Below, one piece after another: positions 59,801 to 64,000 of a DNA stretch of 64,000 nucleotides; position 1 is the first letter of the stretch, and every line of letters starts with the position of its first letter. The notes under the pieces are model-generated. The model worked only from the letters and a program-made list of their open reading frames with translations. It did not search any database and was not told the origin of the DNA. This DNA is from Eledone cirrhosa (Eukaryota): assembly GCA_964016885.1 (NCBI GenBank), contig OZ024750.1:25606001-25670000 (forward strand), read 5' to 3'. The position numbers and the translations under genes are program-made.

Positions 59801-62613
59801 GTACTATCACTATAGATAGTATGTACTGTCACTATATAGTATATACCACTATATAGTATATACTATCACTATATAGTATATACTACCACTATATAGTATG
59901 TACTACCTATATATATTATGTACTATCACTATAGATAGTATGTACTGTCACTATATAGTATATACTATCACTATATAGTAAGCACAACCAATATATAGTA
60001 TGTACTACCACTATATATATTATTTACTATCACTATAGATAGTATGTACTATCACTATATAGTAAGTACAACCAATATATAGTATATACTACCACTATAT
60101 AGTATGTACTACCTATATATATTATGTACTATCACTATAGATAGTATGTACTGTCACTATATAGTATATACTATCACTATATAGTAAGCACAACCAATAT
60201 ATAGTATGTACTACCACTATATATATTATTTACTATCACTATAGATAGTATGTACTATCACTATATAGTAAGTACAACCACTATATAGTATGTACTATCA
60301 CTATGTAGTAAGGAACAGGCTTTGGATAAGGATTGTGACCCTGGTTACTGGTTGGGGTCTCTTGAGGCCCCAAAGTTCTACAGAGGAGAGAAAGAGGAAG
60401 AAACTCTTACTATTATTTGCAGCTTTGCTTTTCATCTTTACAGGGTCAATAAAATAAAGCACCAGTAATGGACTGGGGTCGATTTAATCGACCTTCCCCT
60501 TCCCTCAAATTGCTGGCCTTGTGTCTATTGTAGAAATCATTATTTGCAGCTTTGCATAAAATTCTTTCCTTTTTGTAAAATTTTAGGTTTCATCAAAGTT
60601 GGTGGTTATACTGAAATGGTAGAGAAGTACCCACATGCTATTCCTAATACCACTCTAATGGACAATACAACAACATGTGGTTACCCACGAAAAGATTATA
60701 TGAATCTTTTCCATTCTTATGATGCCGATGATATTCCTGGGCCTGGAATTATAGGATTAACTATTAATTCTATTTGGTACTGGTGTTCTGACCAGGTAAT
60801 CTTTTATTTCTTTCATCTTCTGACCAGGTGATATTTTGTTTTCTCTGGTGTTCTGACCAGGTAATTGTTTTTTTCTCTGGCACCATTGAGTAAAATTATG
60901 ACTTTTTTTTTTACTATTAATCTTCATGTCATAAGAAGCATCCAAATAAGATATTGTCAGGAAGGGCAATCCTCTCTCTTTTGTTTTTTTTATTCATTTA
61001 TCTTCTAAATTCATCTCCTTTCTTTCCTTACATTTCTCACTTATTTCTCCTCACATTTCTGCTTATCTTCATTACTCAACACTTTATGATGTATATGCTT
61101 TGATCTACATTTTAATTTCTCTTTCTTTCTCTTTTAAACACTTCCCTTTTATAGGTCCTTGTTCAGAGAGCTCTTGCTGCTAAGAGCTATGACCACAGCA
61201 AAGCAGCAACAGTATTTTGTGGATATCTGAAAATTTTACCTTTATTTCTTCTCATCTTTCCTGGCATGATTTCTCGAATTCTATACAAAGGTATTATTAC
61301 ATTCTTGTTAGAAACTGTGATTATAAGAAAGAACAACACAAAACACAATGAAAACAAAGTATCATAGTTAATACAAAGCATTGTGAGATACTGAGATATG
61401 TAATAAATGATTTACAGTGGCCCTGCTTCAGTATTTACATGATCTATGTAGACCTGTCCAACTCTTGCTAGCAGGGAAAGTGGACGTTAAATAATGATAG
61501 GTAAGTTTAAAAAAGTCGGTACAATGTGGTAGAAATATATTAAGAGCAAAAGATGACAAATAAAACAAAACAAAGTAATGTTTTACCCAATATATTTTAA
61601 CTATAATATTTCAGTGCTATTACCCTCTTTTCAAATGTAAAATGAAAACAGTTTCTTTTTGTTTTGAACTGTTTTTCGTTTTACATTTGAAAAGAAAGTA
61701 TTAACCCTGAAATATCATGTTGAAATATACTGGATAAAACATTACTAGGTCTACCACATTGTACCAGCATTCTGAAACTTATCAGATAATCAAAACAGTA
61801 ACCTTGTCTTTTCTGTTTTACATCTACTCTCTATTCATTTTAAGTGAGCCTTGTTTTGGTGGGTAGGTGTGGGATAGGTTGAAGGGGATGGTGGGTGGGT
61901 ATAATTTTATAGGTAACTTACAATTAAACTGTTTGTGCTTTGTTTTTTGTTTCTTGATAGATACTGTTGGCTGTGCTGACCCAGAGGTTTGTATGAGTGT
62001 ATGTGGTAGTGAAACTGGTTGTAGCAATATTGCATACACCTCTCTCATATTGGACCTCCTACCAACAGGTAATTAGACAATATTTATTTAAAAATACACA
62101 CAACACTATTATTTATTGAAATGTTGACACAGTACCACTGTTTATGTTGACACAGTACCACTGTTTATGTTTACACAGTACCACTCTTTATTCAGATCTT
62201 TACACAGTACCACTGTTTACTAAAATCTTTACAGTACTACTGTTTACTAAAATGTTGTGAGATATAAAACACACTTCACAGTAAAATCTTAACTAAATAT
62301 TATCCCAACGCACCTCAACATTTGCAGTAACACCTGGAAATGTTATAATACACTGATTGAAAACCTTTGATTTAGATAAAAGTTGCCTTTTTATTTAATG
62401 AGACATAAATTCTATAAATATTTCAATATTATTTCTGAGAGAATTATCTATCTATATTTCAGGTTTACGAGGTTTGATGCTGGCTAGTATGGTCTCTGCC
62501 CTTATCACATCACTTACATCTATTTTCAACAGTTCAAGTACAATATTTGCCATGGATATATGGTCATACTTCCGCAGAAAAATTTCAGATATAGAAATGA
62601 TTATTGTTGGACG
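12145..62613 (+). CDS. SLC5A sodium/glucose cotransporter (SGLT subfamily, SLC5A1/9/10/11-like); spliced CDS exons 1-11, 3' end beyond window
   Basis: 11 GT-AG exons join in frame (93,69,105,60,105,106,81,209,136,108,151 nt) into an SSS-family protein: [69 protein letters not shown]...[10 protein letters not shown]. Exon sizes match the vertebrate SGLT pattern as recalled. Exact ortholog not determinable. Confidence 0.95.
12891..13222 (+). mobile_element. Short non-autonomous RTE-related element inserted in (TA)n
   Basis: GC-richer 330-bp block between TA runs; GGGCATTCTTCTAGGAGAAGGCAACTC resembles a conserved RTE 5' UTR motif. Confidence 0.45.
13403..13760. mobile_element. Old MITE with diverged TIRs of about 100 bp; related copy at about 1100-1600
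   Basis: GCGGCGTAATTAAAA...TTACCGAAAC...TGGAT on the left arm is mirrored on the right arm; the same motifs occur at 1110-1195. Confidence 0.6.
16111..16679 (-). mobile_element. Inverted second copy of the Tx1/L1 fragment
   Basis: Near-identical reverse complement of 16898-17459. Confidence 0.85.
16898..17590 (+). mobile_element. Tx1/L1-clade LINE 3' end (zf-RVT-like domain and 3' UTR)
   Basis: [23 protein letters not shown]...CPRC...[18 protein letters not shown]: L1/Tx1 C-terminal CCHC finger; pyrimidine-rich UTR. Confidence 0.8.
19065..19520. repeat. Tandem amplification (about 116-bp unit, 4 copies) of the SINE C 3' end
   Basis: TTATCCTGGTTTCCATGGTGTGAAGTGACTGAGAG recurs at about 19108, 19225, 19342, 19460. 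Confidence 0.85.
19654..19963. mobile_element. hAT (Charlie-like) MITE
   Basis: TIR CAGGGGTTCTCAAC / GTTGAGAATCACTG, perfect 8-bp TSD CACTAGAC, subterminal GTGGACCAC repeats; inserted in the head of a family C SINE. Confidence 0.9.
21144..22530 (-). mobile_element. RTE-clade LINE 3' part (same family as 8011-10390)
   Basis: Reverse-strand YADD-region, [25 protein letters not shown], 3' UTR and (CAT)n. Confidence 0.93.
23102..23170 (+). CDS. SLC5A transporter coding exon 2
   Basis: ttctattcag | [23 protein letters not shown] | gtaagt. Confidence 0.95.
23940..24140. repeat. (GAT/GGT)n microsatellite, preceded by (CA)-rich 23695-23905
   Basis: Direct inspection. Confidence 0.95.
24185..24930. 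mobile_element. Two RTE 3' ends: minus 24185-24375, plus 24397-24930
   Basis: [15 protein letters not shown]...GRPKKTW plus UTR on the plus strand; [16 protein letters not shown] plus tail on the minus strand. Confidence 0.85.
25600..25797. repeat. Minisatellite, about 58-bp unit, 3.5 copies
   Basis: CATACAGAGGTGGGGG...TAGATTTAG.C.CCC repeated. Confidence 0.8.
27014..27285 (-). mobile_element. CR1-group LINE 3' end
   Basis: [34 protein letters not shown]...SNSL C-terminus with (AAATG)n tail; TGGTAT on both sides may be a TSD. Confidence 0.75.
27389..27493 (+). CDS. SLC5A transporter coding exon 3
   Basis: caattcag | [35 protein letters not shown] | gtaagc. Confidence 0.97.
28270..29028. 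repeat. Minisatellite, about 52-56-bp unit with alternating dimer structure
   Basis: TACAGGTGAG(A/T)TTAGCTGTAGTT...GTAGATTAGCT...AAAGTGTCAT about 14 times. Confidence 0.9.
30707..30985 (+). mobile_element. Non-LTR (RTE-like) C-terminal fragment nested in a TTAA MITE
   Basis: RRVRFAGH...LVLWKP...[15 protein letters not shown]...LTTAMNDR and (GAT)n tail. Confidence 0.7.
31278..31466 (+). mobile_element. tRNA-derived SINE family A (about 190 bp), representative copy; more than 20 copies or fragments, e.g. 25-240+, 3705-3925+, 12353-12495-, 15677-15863-, 16680-16885+, 17597-17780+, 22735-22870-, 26636-26840-, 27688-27877-, 30085-30267-, 33810-33997+, 39340-39530+, 40410-40503-, 45325-45512+, 53536-53678+, 56270-56420+, 60420-60543+
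   Basis: Pol III A box TGGCAGTATCGG, B box GAGTTCAAATCC, shared body TTGCCTTTCATCCTTACGGGGTCGATAAAATAAAGTACCAG, (ATT)n tail. Confidence 0.9.
32676..32742 (-). ncRNA. Type I hammerhead ribozyme motif
   Basis: Reverse complement TATTTTAT CTGATGA GGACGTACTG ttgaaaatagct CAGTACCTCT GAAA TATGTA TA ATAAAATA. Confidence 0.72.
34112..34171 (+). CDS. SLC5A transporter coding exon 4
   Basis: tatattcag | [20 protein letters not shown] | gtgagt. Confidence 0.95.
35113..35320. repeat. Minisatellite, about 35-45-bp unit
   Basis: GTGGAATTATTAAAGTACCACTCCAGAGGTGGAGG about 5 times. Confidence 0.85.
35392..35972 (+). repeat. 29-bp minisatellite made of the exon 5 splice acceptor, about 20 copies
   Basis: CTGTTTTCTATAATATTCTACTTCCAGAT; the last unit supplies the real acceptor. 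Confidence 0.95.
35969..36073 (+). CDS. SLC5A transporter coding exon 5
   Basis: acttccag | [35 protein letters not shown] | gtaagt. Confidence 0.96.
37110..37462 (+). mobile_element. tRNA/CORE-like SINE family B with RTE-type tail, representative copy; others at 20368-20705+, 32780-32915-, 32923-33248+, 36196-36539-, 48157-48374+, 48442-48750-, 52370-52646+
   Basis: A box TGGCTTAGTGG, B box GAGTTCAATTC, CORE-like CCTTGAGCAAGACACTTTATTTCACATTGCTCCAG, then sequence shared with the RTE 3' UTR; copies nearly identical. Confidence 0.9.
38285..38668. repeat. Degenerate AT-rich minisatellite, about 26-28 bp
   Basis: ATATTTGTATAGATAGRG recurring. Confidence 0.8.
38966..39181. mobile_element. piggyBac-like MITE (about 210 bp), intact copy; others at 29351-29564, 4039-4225 (truncated) and interrupted copies 25803-26409, 30559-31052, 34268-34789, 62810-63412
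   Basis: TTAA|CCCTTTAGCATTT ... AAATGCTAAAGGG|TTAA terminal inverted repeats with TTAA flanks. Confidence 0.85.
39593..39843. repeat. Minisatellite, about 63-bp unit, 4 copies
   Basis: CGCTAGCTAGCTGGTTATTTCTCTGTCTTGTAGCCACAGGTGAGGGAAGTGGGGTGGAGTGGAA. Confidence 0.92.
41818..42465. repeat. 36-bp minisatellite, about 18 copies
   Basis: CATAGTAATGATATAGTTGTTATTGATAGTAATGAC, highly homogeneous. Confidence 0.95.
42487..43323. repeat. 33-bp minisatellite, about 25 copies
   Basis: CATAACATAGAGAGAAGCTATATATCAGCTTCA. Confidence 0.95.
43500..44336. repeat. Cluster of small minisatellites: 43500-43775 (about 27 bp), 43890-43960 (about 19 bp), 44090-44336 (about 31 bp)
   Basis: GGGACCACTTCCAGCAGACTCTACAGA; GACTCAAGCTAACAAAGTGA; ACAAGTGTAGTGGGATTTCATCTGATGTACA. 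Confidence 0.85.
44335..45030 (+). mobile_element. Old RTE LINE fragment
   Basis: [14 protein letters not shown]...SESIVTRIR...KFRELLP...WMCNISV...WYGH, many disablements. Confidence 0.85.
45100..45238. repeat. (TAC)n microsatellite
   Basis: Direct inspection. Confidence 0.97.
45519..46212. repeat. Minisatellite, about 50-bp unit
   Basis: GTTAGTTAACCCAAGTAATTACTGGTT...GGTAGTAATATATAATACT. Confidence 0.9.
46425..47798 (-). mobile_element. RTE LINE 3' part (related subfamily)
   Basis: [16 protein letters not shown] through GRPRKTWDD, 3' UTR and (GAT)n tail; flanked by (TA)n. Confidence 0.93.
49590..50935 (+). mobile_element. Penelope-like retroelement fragment (RT C-terminal half + GIY-YIG endonuclease), truncated at both ends, in (TA)n
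   Basis: Uninterrupted ORF of about 450 aa with [20 protein letters not shown]-x4-C-x2-C linker and [12 protein letters not shown]...[16 protein letters not shown]. Confidence 0.92.
51081..51145 (-). ncRNA. Type I hammerhead ribozyme motif
   Basis: Reverse complement TATTTTAT CTGATGA AAGTACACCA taatttaact TGGTGTCCTT GAAA TATGTA TA ATGAAATA. Confidence 0.72.
51617..51692 (+). ncRNA. Type I hammerhead ribozyme motif
   Basis: TATTTTAT CTGATGA [GAACG CAAATATC AT ATCAT CCC ATGAT GATATTTG TTTTT] GAAA TGCGCA TA ATAAAATA: intact core, 8-bp stem I, long stem II, palindromic stem III ATGCGCAT, AUA triplet. Confidence 0.72.
53678..54048 (-). mobile_element. RTE 3' UTR fragment (similar pieces at 15365-15590, 23295-23488, 25938-26350, 34327-34645)
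   Basis: Matches the 3' UTR of the 46425-46800 copy. Confidence 0.8.
54480..54745 (+). mobile_element. Degenerate non-LTR (RTE-like) C-terminal fragment
   Basis: GRAHT...[28 protein letters not shown]. Confidence 0.55.
55270..55663. repeat. 16-bp minisatellite with higher-order repeat
   Basis: GTTATCTAATRGATRT. Confidence 0.92.
55960..56215 (+). mobile_element. RTE (Expander-like) fragment
   Basis: [45 protein letters not shown]. Confidence 0.7.
56600..56765. repeat. 33-bp minisatellite with internal hairpin
   Basis: AGTTCATAGCTTCAAAGTTATGAACT...CCAAC about 5 times. Confidence 0.85.
57809..57914 (+). CDS. SLC5A transporter coding exon 6
   Basis: tgttatag | [35 protein letters not shown](G) | gtaagt. 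Confidence 0.96.
58655..59180. repeat. 28-bp minisatellite
   Basis: ACTAGGTACACTGTATCCCTGTTTTTAG. Confidence 0.92.
59355..59435 (+). CDS. SLC5A transporter coding exon 7
   Basis: tccttaag | (G)[26 protein letters not shown](S) | gtaagt. Confidence 0.96.
59520..60308. repeat. 20-bp AT-rich quasi-palindromic minisatellite
   Basis: TATATAGTATATACTATCAC. Confidence 0.92.
60587..60795 (+). CDS. SLC5A transporter coding exon 8
   Basis: attttag | [69 protein letters not shown] | gtaatc. Confidence 0.96.
61155..61290 (+). CDS. SLC5A transporter coding exon 9
   Basis: ttttatag | [45 protein letters not shown](D) | gtatta. Confidence 0.96.
61961..62068 (+). CDS. SLC5A transporter coding exon 10
   Basis: cttgatag | [35 protein letters not shown](G) | gtaatt; four-Cys extracellular loop typical of SGLTs. 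Confidence 0.96.
62463..62613 (+). CDS. SLC5A transporter coding exon 11
   Basis: atttcag | [49 protein letters not shown](R) | gtaagc. Confidence 0.96.
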
Positions 62614-63016
62614 GTAAGCTATTTCAGTGAATTCTTGTAGAGGGTCAGTTTGTTATTTATAAAACATTGACACATAAAGTTTAGATGATCCCCTTAAACA
62701 TAATAGTGTCATAAAAGTGTTGATATATCAGTTAGTTATTACAGAGAGGCCACTTTATTATATGTTTGTTATAGATAATACATAGGAACATTAAGGTTTG
62801 ATAATCCCCTTAACCCTTTAGCATTTAAACTGGCTGTATTGGGTCAGAATTCACTCACGTCTTTCTGGTCAAACTAGCTGTAACCGGCCACGCTGCTCAT
62901 ACTGATGTTAAGATATTGTTCTTAAAATAAATAATATCAAAATCTCATAGATTCGATATTATATGAGATAATTATGTGAGGTAAAGCCTTTACCGTGAAA
63001 ATATAATAGTATATAT

Positions 63017-63300
63017 CTAAAGTCTAAAGTCTGTCTTAAGCCAGAAGGCTCATTTGGCTGGTGCTTATCCCGGTTTCATGGCGTGAAGCAACTGAGAGTA
63101 CAAGACTCTCCCCTGGACAGGATACTAGTCCATCGCAGGATTAAACTCCCAACTATTGCTGGTACTCATTTTCAGCTGAGTATACTGGAGCAATGTGAAA
63201 TGAAGTGTTTTGCTCAAGAACACAACATGCAACCCAGGAATCGAATCCACAACATTATGATCGTAAGTCCAACACCCTTACCACTAGGCTACATGCCTCC
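63017..63300 (-). mobile_element. tRNA/CORE-like SINE family C, representative copy; others at 3085-3360+, 19420-19653-, 29760-30041-
   Basis: A box TAGCCTAGTGG, B box GGATTCGATTCC, CORE-like segment, CCTGCGATGGACTAG module, stem-loop 3' end with (TTTAGA)n tail. Confidence 0.85.
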
Positions 63301-63679
63301 AATAGTAAATATAGAGTAATGTAAATGTTATGTGAGATAATTATGTTAGGTAAAGCCTTTACCATGAAAATATAATAGTAAATATAGAGTAATGTAAATG
63401 CTAAAGGGTTAAACATAATGTAATAAAGGTGTTTGATATTTAACATTTTACTGACAAATGGATATACTGTAACTAATTAGTTTAATATTGAAACGCTATT
63501 TTATATAAAGTGTTTAGTTTATATACCAGGAGAAGAGTAAGAGGTGACTAAAAGAGTTGATCCCTGGAAGGACACTTGGGTGTAAAACCTTTGCTTTTGT
63601 AGGGTAAATGACCTTAAAACACTTGCTGTTGTCTGCATATGAAATAGTGTTGTTGTCTGTCTATAGAAAAAGTTTATCA

Positions 63680-64000
63680 CACATGACACAATCTATTCTA
63701 TGGTGTATTGTACATGGCACAATCTATTCTATGGTGTATTGTACATGACACAATCTATTCTATGGTGTATTGTACATGACACAATCTATTCTATGGTGTA
63801 TTGTACATGGCACAATCTATTCTATGGTGTATTGTACATGGCACAATCTATTCTATGGTATATTGTACATGACACAATCTATTCTATGGTGTATTGTACA
63901 TGACACAATCTATTCTATGGTGTATTGTACATGACACAATCTATTCTATGGTGTATTGTACATGACACAATCTATTCTATAGTGTATTGTACATGACACA
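63680..64000. repeat. 31-bp minisatellite running off the window
   Basis: ACAATCTATTCTATGGTGTATTGTACATGAC about 10 times. Confidence 0.95.

Overview
AT-rich, repeat-saturated animal genomic DNA. The SINE/RTE repertoire is typical of octopod cephalopods, but the species cannot be determined from sequence alone. Two host genes are supported. The first coding exon of actin-related protein 6 (ACTR6) lies on the minus strand at 824-894. Divergent from it are the first 11 coding exons (1223 nt, about 407 aa; 12145-62613) of an SGLT-type SLC5A sodium/sugar cotransporter, with clean GT-AG phases; the gene runs off the right end. Almost all ORF-track entries are transposon fragments or repeat artefacts. 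Intergenic DNA and introns hold RTE, Tx1/L1, CR1 and Penelope retroelements, a non-autonomous tRNA-Trp-primed LTR element, three tRNA-derived SINE families, piggyBac-like and hAT MITEs and about 20 minisatellites. The most interesting signals are four. (1) A family of type I hammerhead ribozyme motifs with a shared stem I, AUA cleavage site and divergent but still-pairing stem II; two of them lie next to an open Penelope ORF. (2) Tandem amplification of the gene's own splice sites: the exon 5 acceptor about 20 times, the exon 8 donor 3 times, and an AG/GT array in intron 3. (3) Many local inverted duplications that would form long dsRNA in the pre-mRNA. (4) A chimeric SINE built from parts of RTE elements present in the window. 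Exon coordinates were read by hand and checked for frame; repeat boundaries are approximate.
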